Shown here one piece after another: positions 50,456 to 63,828 of a stretch of 64,000 bases of DNA. The position numbers were made by a program, and so were the translations under genes. Where the stretch lies: NCBI GenBank assembly GCA_963844035.1, contig CAWJMT010000035.1:192001-256000 (forward strand), in the 5' to 3' direction. This DNA comes from an uncultured Gemmatimonadales bacterium. Its GTDB lineage: Bacteria > Gemmatimonadota > Gemmatimonadetes > Gemmatimonadales > GWC2-71-9. The notes beneath the pieces were generated by a model, which saw only the letters and a list, made by a program, of their open reading frames with translations, was not told the DNA's origin and made no database searches. Position 1 is the stretch's first letter. Each line of letters starts with the position of its first letter.

Positions 50456-51721
50456 TGCCGCCTCCAGTCGCTTCAGTGCCGCTTCTTTCCCCACCACGTG
50501 CAACAGCTCGTTCACCGGCTCCGACACGGTACCGCCGGTCAACGCAATGCGGATCGGCTGGAATACCTTGCCGGCGGCCACGCCGCGCTCGGTCGCCAGC
50601 GCGCGCAGCCGCTGCTCGAGCGCCGCCGCCGTCCACTCGGCGTCCCGCAACGCGGTGACGCTCGCTTCGAGGGCCGCCTTGTAGGCGGCCGGATCCTTCG
50701 CGATTTCCTGTTTGGCCTTCTCGTCGTGTACGACGAATTGCGGATCGAGACGGACGGCAACCTGACGCGCCACGTCGAGGGTCGTGCGCGAGCGGGTCTT
50801 GACTGCGCCGATCGCCACGAGGATCGCCTCACGCGAGCTCTGCAGTCCGAGCTTTTCGAGTTGTGGCGCCACCAGGGGGTACAGATCGTCGCCCGTGGCC
50901 AGCGAGAGGTACTGCCCGTTCATCCACTCGAGCTTGGTCGTATCGAAGATGGCGCTCTTCTTCTGGACGCCCTCGAACGAAAACAGCTGCACCATCTCGT
51001 CCAGCGTCATGATCTCCCGGTCGCCGCCGGGGCTCCAGCCGAGCAGCGCCAGGAAGTTGCGCATCGCCGCGGGCAGGATGCCGAGATGCTGATAGTCGCC
51101 GACGGCGGTCGCCCCGTGACGCTTCGAGAGCTTCTTCCCGTCGGGGCCGTTGATCATGGGAACGTGGCCGAACACCGGCGGGTCGGCCCCGAGCGCGCGG
51201 TAGAGCGCGATCTGCTTGGGGGTGTTCGAGATGTGATCGTCGCCGCGCAGCACGTGGGTGATGCGCATGTGGATGTCGTCGGCGACCACGGCCAGGTTGT
51301 AGATCGGGGTGCGGTCGGAGCGGAGGATGATGAGATCCTTCAGGTCCTGGCCCTGAAAGCTGATGCGGCCGTGCACCGCGTCGTCCCAGGCGATCTCTCC
51401 CGGAGGCATCCGGAACCGGATCGCGCCCTCGTCCATGTAGGCCTTGCCTTCGGCGAGGAGGCGGTCGGCCAGCTCCTGGTGGCGCTTGAGGCCGGCGCCC
51501 TGGAACACGAGCTCCTCGTCCCAGTCGAGGCCGAGCCAGGTGAGGCCCTCGAGGATCACGCGGGTGTGCTCTTCGGAGGAGCGCTCCTTGTCGGTGTCCT
51601 CGATGCGCAGCAGGAAGGTGCCGCCCACGTGGCGCGCATACAGCCAGTTGAGCAGGGCGGTGCGCGCGCCCCCGACGTGCAAGTAGCCCGTGGGGGACGG
51701 AGCGAAGCGGACGCGGGTCAT
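50432..51721 (-). CDS. gltX: Glutamate--tRNA ligase (short form)
   Basis: RFAPSPTGYLHVGG, LRIEDTD, LRGDDH, KLSKRHG, anticodon-binding C-domain present. Confidence 0.95.
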   Translation of the reverse strand: MTRVRFAPSPTGYLHVGGARTALLNWLYARHVGGTFLLRIEDTDKERSSEEHTRVILEGLTWLGLDWDEELVFQGAGLKRHQELADRLLAEGKAYMDEGAIRFRMPPGEIAWDDAVHGRISFQGQDLKDLIILRSDRTPIYNLAVVADDIHMRITHVLRGDDHISNTPKQIALYRALGADPPVFGHVPMINGPDGKKLSKRHGATAVGDYQHLGILPAAMRNFLALLGWSPGGDREIMTLDEMVQLFSFEGVQKKSAIFDTTKLEWMNGQYLSLATGDDLYPLVAPQLEKLGLQSSREAILVAIGAVKTRSRTTLDVARQVAVRLDPQFVVHDEKAKQEIAKDPAAYKAALEASVTALRDAEWTAAALEQRLRALATERGVAAGKVFQPIRIALTGGTVSEPVNELLHVVGKEAALKRLEAAAHSVLAS

Positions 51722-51725
51722 GAAG

Positions 51726-51803
51726 CAGGTGTCAGGTGTTAGGTGTCAGGTGTCAGGGGATTCGCGGTGTCTCTGGCACCTGACACCTGGTACCTGACAC
51801 CTG
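51726..51803. repeat. Heptamer-periodic inverted repeat (31-bp arms) between tRNA-Ser and gltX
   Basis: C(AGGTGTC)n arm 51726-51756 vs (GACACCT)n arm 51773-51803, 4 mismatches. Confidence 0.9.
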
Positions 51804-51812
51804 TCTTTCACA

Positions 51813-51902
51813 CGGAGAGGGGGGGATTCGAACCCCCGATAGAGCTTTTGACCCTATGACGGTTTAGCAAACCGTTGCCTTCAGCCACTCGGCCACCTCT
51901 CC
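51813..51902 (-). tRNA. tRNA-Ser (GCU), CCA not encoded
   Basis: GGAGAGG/CCTCTCC acceptor stem, ACGGT-TTGCTAA-ACCGT anticodon arm, long variable arm, GGGGG-TTCGAAT-CCCCC T arm. Confidence 0.97.
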
Positions 51903-52080
51903 CAGAGGTGGACAACGTCGCCACGCGCTTCGACTTGTGCAACCCCCGCCCGCATTGACTCCGCGTGGCGCCCTGGTTTCCTTGCGGGAGCCGGCATCTC
52001 ACAGTTCGCGACGCGCCCGACGACGGCCCGTCCCGTGTCTCCCTCGATCTGCACAGCGCGAAACACTGCGAGGAGTCCCG

Positions 52081-56932
<4,852 letters not shown>

Positions 56933-57107
56933 GCCGCTGCAGGCGTTTCGCCCTCCCCGGCAAGTTGCCCAATTCATTGCCGAATGAGCGCGCCCCAACC
57001 CCGCCAGGCAACTGCTGCTGGAGAGCAACAAGTTAGGCCATTTCGCGGTGAGTCCGCCGGTTTGGGCCTAAATCACGTCCTGACATGATGCTGCGTCCCC
57101 CGTCAGG

Positions 57108-57123
57108 TGGCACCGGGATTGCT
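57108..57123 (+). promoter_or_regulatory. Sigma54 (-24/-12) promoter
   Basis: TGGCAC-CGGGA-TTGCT with exact GG-N10-GC spacing; IHF-like GAGCAACAAGTTA near 57023-57035 upstream. Confidence 0.7.
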
Positions 57124-57136
57124 ATGACGATGCCGC

Positions 57137-57586
57137 ATGAGACTCCTCCATGTCATCGTCGTCATCGCCATCGCGGCCGCGGGGCTCGCATTCCCTCGTC
57201 GCGCGGTTGCCCAGCGCTTTCAGGCGGGGAACGCACCCAATGCCCTGAGCGTCGGCAGCACGGTTCCGGCACGGATCCCGTGGACGCGCACCGAGGTCGC
57301 ATTGGCGGCGGGGTTCACCACCGCGCTGTTGATGGACGCCGCGCAGACGCGCGGTCTGGCGCGGGGCGGCTGGGAGGGATTCCGTGAGGCGAATCCACTG
57401 CTGGGGTCGCAGCCCAGCGTCGCGCGGATCAATGCCTATACCGCCGTTGCGGGGCTGACGGTGCTGGGCGTGGCTGCTGCCGCACCGGCACGCTTCCGGC
57501 CGTGGCTGCTGGGCGCGGCGTTCGTGGTCGAGGCGCTCACGGTGGCCAGAAACGCCCACGCGGGGATCACGCTGAGCTTGCCGTAA
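57137..57586 (+). CDS. Hypothetical exported/membrane protein
   Basis: Signal peptide ending AVAQ; MDAAQT...EANPLLG motif and hydrophobic helices. Confidence 0.6.
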   Translation: MRLLHVIVVIAIAAAGLAFPRRAVAQRFQAGNAPNALSVGSTVPARIPWTRTEVALAAGFTTALLMDAAQTRGLARGGWEGFREANPLLGSQPSVARINAYTAVAGLTVLGVAAAAPARFRPWLLGAAFVVEALTVARNAHAGITLSLP

Positions 57587-57588
57587 GA

Positions 57589-57616
57589 GACGCTAAGACG
57601 CTAAGACGCTACGAGC
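57589..57616 (+). repeat. Octamer tandem repeat GACGCTAA, copy 2
   Basis: GACGCTAAGACGCTAAGACGCTACGAGC, 27/28 identical to 50428-50455. Confidence 0.85.
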
Positions 57617-57639
57617 CCACCCTGTTTCTCCCGGACATC

Positions 57640-57671
57640 CCTGACACCTAACACCCAGCACCTGACACCTG
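57640..57671 (+). repeat. Heptamer tandem repeat (CCTGACA), single arm
   Basis: CCTGACA CCTAACA CCCAGCA CCTGACA CCTG; same unit as 51726-51803. Confidence 0.8.
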
Positions 57672-58347
57672 CTTCTCTCAACCGCGCAGTCGTTTCCTGC
57701 GAGCGATGCATGCGCCTGCGCGCCTACTGCAGGCGCGTGGCGCGCGAAAAGAAGCGCGAGTACAGCGACTGGGAGTACTGGGGTAAGCCGGTTCCGGGGT
57801 TCGGCGACGTGCGTGCACGGCTGTTGATCGTCGGTCTCGCCCCCGGGGCTCACGGGTCGAACCGCACGGGACGGATGTTCACGGGAGACTCGAGCGGACA
57901 CTGGTTATACGAGGCGCTGTACCGCTTCGGGTTCGCCAGCCAGCCCGACGCCGTCGCCCGGGATGATGGTCTCGAGCTACGCGATTGCTACATCACGGCG
58001 GCGGCGCGGTGCGCTCCACCCGCCAACAAGCCGACCCGCGCCGAGCTGGAGCGGTGCCGCCCGTTCCTCGCGACCGAGCTGCAGATCCTGTCGCGTGTGC
58101 GGGTCGTGGTAACGCTGGGCCAGGTGGCGCACGAGAGCTGGCTGCGCACGGCAGGGTGGTGGGAGGCGCTTCCGCCGCGCGAGCGGCCGCGCTTCTCGCA
58201 CGGCGCGGTGACGCGGCTGTCGAACGATACGACGCTGATCTCCTCCTACCACCCCAGCCGGCAGAACACCAACACCGGCAAGCTGACGCGTCGCGATGTG
58301 GCATGCGGTGTTTCGGAGCGTGCGGCGAGATCATTTCATTGCCTTGA
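57662..58347 (+). CDS. Uracil-DNA glycosylase family 5 (UdgB-like, 4Fe-4S); start uncertain, indels at 3' end
   Basis: CERC upstream of the track ATG, YWGKPVPGFGD, GLAPGAHGSNRTGRMFTGD, RCAPPANKP, YHPSRQNTNTG. Confidence 0.88.
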
Positions 58348-58864
58348 TCTTGGCGCGGGTGATGGAGTCCTCGAGGGCGAAGGCGCGCTTGGTGTCCCAC
58401 TTGTGGTAGAGGATCAGGCAGGACGCCACGCTCGATTGCTTCTGGTGCTGGCAGCGCTGGACCTGGGTTCGATGCTTGGAGGCGTCCTGCCGCCATAGGG
58501 AGTCAGCGCCCGCGACGGCGTGTGCATCGTCCCACCCGTAGTTGTTCGCGAGACAACGCACCACATCACCGCCGACGGCGCCGCAGTTGGCGAGCTGCTG
58601 GCGGTGGACTTTCGCGTCCAGGTGCCACAGTGAATCGCGTTGGAATACCGCGATGCTGTCGAGCTCGCGCTGGCGTGCAACGCCGGCGGCCGCGGCCTTG
58701 GGCTCCTTCCATCTGAATTGAGCCACGAGACACGCGGAGATCCCGCGGGCGTCCAGACTAATGGCGCTGCAGTCCTTCACTTCCTGACGGAGCCGGCTCG
58801 CCGACTTGCCACAGCTCAGGGCCGCGAGGCCGAGGAGCGCAACGGTGCAGGGGAAGCGTCGCAT
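58331..58864 (-). CDS. Lipoprotein with three Cys-pair helical repeats
   Basis: MRRF...AALSC lipobox; three C-x(9-12)-CL-x5-W units. Confidence 0.7.
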   Translation of the reverse strand: MRRFPCTVALLGLAALSCGKSASRLRQEVKDCSAISLDARGISACLVAQFRWKEPKAAAAGVARQRELDSIAVFQRDSLWHLDAKVHRQQLANCGAVGGDVVRCLANNYGWDDAHAVAGADSLWRQDASKHRTQVQRCQHQKQSSVASCLILYHKWDTKRAFALEDSITRAKIKAMK

Positions 58865-58949
58865 CGATTGTCCCAGGTGAGGGGGGCACGGGGCGCCCGT
58901 CAAAATCGGGCGCGTGCCCGGTGGGGTCAAGCCGGTAGGGCGTGCGGCG

Positions 58950-59321
58950 CTACGGTTCGAGCCGCCGCAGGCGCTCGATCGCGAAGTGGAGGCGGAAGAT
59001 GGCGGCGTCGAGGTCGCGCCGCACCTCATCGTCCAGCTCTCCCGAATCGACGATGGTGTTCAGGAGCTGGAGCGCGTTGCGCACATGCTCTTCGGCGGAC
59101 TCGGTGCTGGGAGGGTTCTTTCCCTCGCGCCGGTCCCCGGGGCGGCGCCGCGTGCCGGGGGCACGCCGCTCCACCGTCGGAACGAGCACGAGCTGCCGGC
59201 GCTCACCGGCTCGGCGCTCTGGCGTGGCGCGCCGCTCGGGGGGCTTCGGGGCTGGGGCGTCTGGATCGGGGGAGGTAGACACGTACCGCGAAATGTGCCC
59301 CCCGGAGGCAGGTTCCGCCAC
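58950..59321 (-). CDS. Small protein with tandem [ED]RR motifs and C-terminal helical hairpin
   Basis: PERRATPERRAGERR...VERR...RRRPGDRR; EEHVRNALQLL...DLDAAIFRLHFAIERL. Confidence 0.6.
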   Translation of the reverse strand: MAEPASGGHISRYVSTSPDPDAPAPKPPERRATPERRAGERRQLVLVPTVERRAPGTRRRPGDRREGKNPPSTESAEEHVRNALQLLNTIVDSGELDDEVRRDLDAAIFRLHFAIERLRRLEP

Positions 59322-59504
59322 TCGGATTTCGTGACATTGGCCGGCGGACTCCTATATTGGGGGGCAGCGTGCAGACCACACATTCGCCGCCCTCCGGGGT
59401 ATCGCGATGGTCGCCGCTCCTGACGCGGCATCGCTCGATCCTTTCGGATTGCGCGCGACGCTCGCTGACCCGCTGGAATTCACCCTCCCCTTCCGACTGC
59501 AGCC

Positions 59505-61032
59505 ATGTTGCCCTCTGACCTCCCCGACGATCGCCGCGCGACGCCGGGACGCCGCCGTGGCGTTCATCGGCGCGTGGGCGAACGCCGCCTGGAGGTCATG
59601 CCGGTGACGTTGGATGCGCGCACCGGTGTCGAGCGGCGGCACGACGCTGAACGTCGGACCGGCATCGGACGTCGTCGCGAGGAAGGGAGCCGCCCCGAGG
59701 GTCGGCGACCGGTCGTGCTGTTCGTGGGCGAGGACCCGGCCGATGCGCGGTTGCTCGAGGGGTTGCTGCAGAAGTCGACCGGGGAGCCGTTCGAGCTGGT
59801 GACGATCGCGCGGCGCGCCGCGGCGCTCGACCTTGTGGCCCAGGGCACGGTGGACGTCGTGCTGGTCGATCTGTCATTCCCGGGCGGCCTGGAGCCGTTC
59901 GCGGCGCTCAATACGGGGAAGCCCGTCGCCCCATTCCTGGTGCTGTCGCGCGTAGGCGACGAGCAGCGCGCGCTCAATGCCGTGCGCGCGGGGGCGCAGG
60001 ACTGCCTGGTGAAAGGCCGGTTCGACGGGTCGCTGCTGTCGCAGACGCTGCGCTTCGCGATCGAGCGACACCGGATGCGCAGCGCGCTCGGCGACCTGGC
60101 GCTCTCGGACGAATTGACGGGCCTGCACAATCGGCGGGGGTTCGTCACCCTCGCGACGCAGGACCTGGCCCTGGCGCGGCGGGGGAAGAAACACCTGCTG
60201 GTCGCATTTGGTGATCTGGACGACCTGAAGGGCATCAACGACACGCTGGGCCACGCCGAGGGCGACGCGCGCGCTGCGCGACGTGGCCGGCGTCCTGCGA
60301 CGCACCTTCCGGGAGTCGGATCTCATCGCGCGGATCGGCGGGGACGAGTTCGCGGTGCTGGTGCGCAGTGCGGAGGACAGCAACGTGGAGGTGCTGCGCC
60401 GGCGCTTGAGCGACCAGCTCACCGACTTCAACCGCCGCGCCAAGCGGCGTTACCGCCTGTCGATCAGCCTCGGATTCGCCCACCGGGCGGCGGCGGGAGT
60501 GTCGTCGGTCGAGAGCCTGCTGCGCCGGGCCGATAAGGCGCTGTACCAGGAGAAGCGCCGCCGCGAGAGCGACCCGGGCAAGGGGCACGCGCCGGCGGCG
60601 CGACCCTACGAGGCGCGGCCGATCGAGATCCTGCTGATCGAGGACGAGCCCCGCGATATCGAGCTGACGCAGCAGGCGCTGGCGCGCGCCAAGCTACAGA
60701 ATCGGTTGTCCGTCGTCCGGGACGGCGCGGACGCCCTCTCGTTCTTGCGGGGAGAGGAGCCGTACGAGGGCAAGGCGCCGCCCGACGTGGTGCTCCTCGA
60801 CCTCAACCTGCCCCGGGGCGATGGGCGGGACGTACTGCGGGCGATGCGGCACGACCCGGAGCTGCGGGACATCCCGGTCGTCATCCTGACGGGGACCAAC
60901 GCCGAGCACGCCGAGTTCGAAGCGCTGCGCCCGGACGCCTTTCTAACCAAGCCGATCGACTTCGATCGCCTGGCGCAGGCGGTCCGAACGGTCGCCAACC
61001 TCGGGTTTACCATCGTCAAACTCCCCGCCTAG
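59505..61032 (+). CDS. Diguanylate cyclase: Arg-repeat N-terminus, REC, GGDEF, REC (indel near 60265)
   Basis: DVVLVDL REC; DELTGLHNRRGF, INDTLGH.EGD, RESD I-site, RIGGDEF; second REC PDVVLLDLNLP...FLTKP. Confidence 0.9.
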
Positions 61033-61114
61033 GCTGAGAGCCAGTACGCATTTAGGACCTGAACTTGTTACATTGCAACGGGAAATTTTCGGGCTCTCAT
61101 GGGAGGAAGAACGG

Positions 61115-61822
61115 ATGACGTTGCCAGCGTCGAAGCAGTCGTCCACGGTAGGAGAGCTGCTCGGCCGCCGACTGAAGGAGGTTAACCGCTCAGCGCAGCA
61201 ACTGGCCGAGGTCGCCCAGGTCCCCGCGACGTACATCGACGACCTGATCAGCGGCTCCCGCCGGGCGCCGTTGCCCGCCCGCACCGACATCTACGAGAAG
61301 ATGACGTCGTTCCTGCGCCTCGGCCGCAACGATCTCGTGAGTTGCGCGCGCTCCGAGCGCGCCAGCGTCGTGATGCCGGGCGTCGGTCCTGACGCGGCGG
61401 TGCGGCGCCTGCTGCTGGACCTGTGCGAGCCAGCGACTGCCAAAATCCTCGAAAAGCGCCAGGGGAAGCGCGGCAAGGATGATCTGGTGGACTTCATCCA
61501 GCGGCTGCTCGACATCACCCAGGGGGCGGTGCGGCGGCTGCTCGACGACCAGGTGAGCCTCCGGCTTGGGGCGACACAGCGCGGGATTTCGTACGAGGCC
61601 CTGCGCCTGAGCGTGCTCGAGTTCCTGGACGCCACCCCTGACACGTTGACGCCCGAGGACGTGGCGCAGTTCGTCCAGCCGCGCATCGCGCGCTGGGACG
61701 TGGACCTCGAGACGAAAGTCTTGCGCGTGGCGCTGCGCGGCCAGGAGCCGCGCGACCGCGGCCGCCGCGGCCTCGGCGAGGCCAGGCCCGCGATCACTCC
61801 GGACGCCGAGGGCGACGGCTAA
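61115..61822 (+). CDS. Protein with N-terminal XRE-like helix-turn-helix
   Basis: GGAGG RBS; VGELLGRRLKE...SAQQLAEVAQVPATYIDDLISGSRRAP. Confidence 0.65.
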   Translation: MTLPASKQSSTVGELLGRRLKEVNRSAQQLAEVAQVPATYIDDLISGSRRAPLPARTDIYEKMTSFLRLGRNDLVSCARSERASVVMPGVGPDAAVRRLLLDLCEPATAKILEKRQGKRGKDDLVDFIQRLLDITQGAVRRLLDDQVSLRLGATQRGISYEALRLSVLEFLDATPDTLTPEDVAQFVQPRIARWDVDLETKVLRVALRGQEPRDRGRRGLGEARPAITPDAEGDG

Positions 61823-61847
61823 GGGCGTCGCAGCTTGGCACGAAGGC

Positions 61848-61878
61848 AAACGGGGCGCCCGCGAGGACGCCCCGTTTT
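61848..61878. terminator. Intrinsic terminator (possibly bidirectional)
   Basis: AAA-CGGGGCGCCC-GCGA-GGACGCCCCG-TTTT, 25 nt after the stop at 61822. Confidence 0.75.
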
Positions 61879-61947
61879 GCATTGACGCCCCGCGAGGGGG
61901 CTTGGTACGTTCAGCGGAGCGGGTCATTCCTGATCGGGGGGGACGTC

Positions 61948-62547
61948 ATGGACAGCAGGGATTTGCGATCGAGCCACGGGATACGAGTGATCCTCCTGGC
62001 GGGCTTGCTGGGCGCGACTATTTGCGGAGGCGTCGGCGCCCAACAAACAGCGGTGTCTGCGCCGGAACCGATCGCGGTCGGCACTTCCGCGCCCGATTTT
62101 ACGTTGCTCGGCGCGACTCGCTATGGGGTGCTGGCGCGACCGGTCCAGCTCCGCGACTTCAAGGGCAAGACCGTCGTCCTGGCGTTCTTCCCCAAGGCGC
62201 GCACCAGCGGCTGCACGATCCAGATGCAGGCCTATCGTGACAAGTACGCGACGTTGTTCAAGGGCGGCCGGGACGTGGTACTGATCGCCATCAGCAGCGA
62301 CCTTCCGGACACGCTGGCCGCCTGGGCGCGCGATGCCGAGTTCCCGTTCCTGTTCGCGAGCGACACCGGCATGGTGGTGGGAAAGGCGTATGGCGCTGGA
62401 CCGTCGCGCTGGGGCTACGAGAATCGCATTCTGTTCGTCGTCGACGGTGGAGGGAAGATCGCCTACCGGCAGACACCGTTCCGGGAAATTGACCCCACCG
62501 CGTATGACGAGCTCGCGGCCGGGCTCGAGAAGGTGCTGCCGCACTAG
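61948..62547 (+). CDS. Exported peroxiredoxin (BCP/AhpC-TSA family)
   Basis: Signal peptide; APDFTL, VVLAFFPKARTSGCT (PxxxTxxC), FLFASD, RILFVVD. Confidence 0.88.
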   Translation: MDSRDLRSSHGIRVILLAGLLGATICGGVGAQQTAVSAPEPIAVGTSAPDFTLLGATRYGVLARPVQLRDFKGKTVVLAFFPKARTSGCTIQMQAYRDKYATLFKGGRDVVLIAISSDLPDTLAAWARDAEFPFLFASDTGMVVGKAYGAGPSRWGYENRILFVVDGGGKIAYRQTPFREIDPTAYDELAAGLEKVLPH

Positions 62548-63050
62548 TTCGCTGCTACCGCTCGCTCCAGCGCCGCTTCGATTTCCTGATCGGCGCCCAC
62601 GCCGGTGTAAACGACGTTCCCCGCGGCGTTCAAGATGACGACGAACGACGTGGTCGGCGCCTCGAACGCGCGGACCGCGGTGCCGTTCGCGTCCCACAGG
62701 TACGGGTACGGCATCGGATGCCGGTCCAGATGGCGCCGCACCGTTGCGGGTGTCTCGTTCACGGCTACGGCCACCGCGATGAACTGCACCCGGGTCCCGT
62801 AGCGCGCGTGGGCCGCCGCGAGCTTGGGCTCGAGCGCCCGGCAGAGCGCGCACCAGGTCGCCCAAAACTCGATCAGCGCGGGGCGCGCCTTGATGACATG
62901 GGCCAGCTCGACGCGCGTGCCCTCCAACGTCTCGATCGCGACCGGAAGCGGCGTGCGACCGAGGGAGATGCCGGCGCCCTCGCTCTGTGCGGAGAGGTGC
63001 GTTGCGGAGACCAACAATAGCAGCGCCACCATCGCCCGTCGGATCGTCAC
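62544..63050 (-). CDS. TlpA-like periplasmic thiol-disulfide oxidoreductase
   Basis: GTG at 63050 overlaps the upstream stop; signal peptide; IEFWATWCALC. Confidence 0.88.
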   Translation of the reverse strand: MTIRRAMVALLLLVSATHLSAQSEGAGISLGRTPLPVAIETLEGTRVELAHVIKARPALIEFWATWCALCRALEPKLAAAHARYGTRVQFIAVAVAVNETPATVRRHLDRHPMPYPYLWDANGTAVRAFEAPTTSFVVILNAAGNVVYTGVGADQEIEAALERAVAAN

Positions 63051-63778
63051 ATGACCCTTCCCATCTGAATCAGGTAGTACTCCGCCATCGCCAACATGGC
63101 GATGCCGGCCGCCTTCTTGATCCACACGGTCCAGGCACCCGCGCGGGGCAGGGCCGCGAGCACTCCTGAGGAGATGCCGGCGGCGGCCAGCACGGCGCTC
63201 ATGCCGAGCGAAAACACGAACAGATAGATGAAGCCGAGTGCTCCGCTCCCGGTTGCGGCGACCCAGGTGAGCACGACGGCGAACGCGGGCGCGCCGCAGG
63301 GCGCGGCCACGATCCCCGATGTGGCGCCGAGCACGAACACCGCGGGCAGGGAGCCGCCCGAGAGGGTGCCGGCCCAGGTTGCCAGGCGCTCGGGCGCCGC
63401 GACCGGGATGACGTCCAGCATCGCGAGTGCGAACACCAGCAACAGGTTGGCCATTCCGAACAGCACCCACGGATGCGACGACACCGATCCGAAGAGCGAT
63501 CCGGTGAGTCCGGCGAGGACCCCTAAGCCTGCGTAGAACAGGGACAGTCCCGTCACGTAGGCGAGCGTGAGTGCCACGGTGCGACGGCGGGTAGGCACGG
63601 TGCGGGCGGCGCGCGCGCTCCCCGCGATCACGCCCACCGTGATGGGGATCATGGGATAGATGCAGGGGGTGAAGCTCGTCACCAGCCCCGCGCCGAACAG
63701 GATTCCGAGCGCGGCGAGTGGATGGTGTCCCAGTGCGTCGGAGAGACCGGGAGAAGCGAGGGGTAGCACGCCGAACAC
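63047..63778 (-). CDS. CcdA/DsbD-beta transmembrane electron transporter
   Basis: SFTPCIYPMIP and VAAPCGAP, six TMs, PRAGAWTVWIKK. Confidence 0.9.
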   Translation of the reverse strand: MFGVLPLASPGLSDALGHHPLAALGILFGAGLVTSFTPCIYPMIPITVGVIAGSARAARTVPTRRRTVALTLAYVTGLSLFYAGLGVLAGLTGSLFGSVSSHPWVLFGMANLLLVFALAMLDVIPVAAPERLATWAGTLSGGSLPAVFVLGATSGIVAAPCGAPAFAVVLTWVAATGSGALGFIYLFVFSLGMSAVLAAAGISSGVLAALPRAGAWTVWIKKAAGIAMLAMAEYYLIQMGRVM

Positions 63779-63828
63779 GACTGTAACAGTACACCAGGGA
63801 TACGCAGGGCGCTCCCTCGAGATCTTGC

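Noticed and set aside
51726..51803. CRISPR array
   Set aside because: The units are contiguous 7-mers with no spacers, and there are no cas genes in the window.
59400..59500. c-di-GMP riboswitch upstream of the cyclase
   Set aside because: A hairpin is present, but I could not find class I or II consensus elements.
62205..62220. Selenocysteine in the peroxiredoxin active site
   Set aside because: The codon is TGC (Cys), not TGA.
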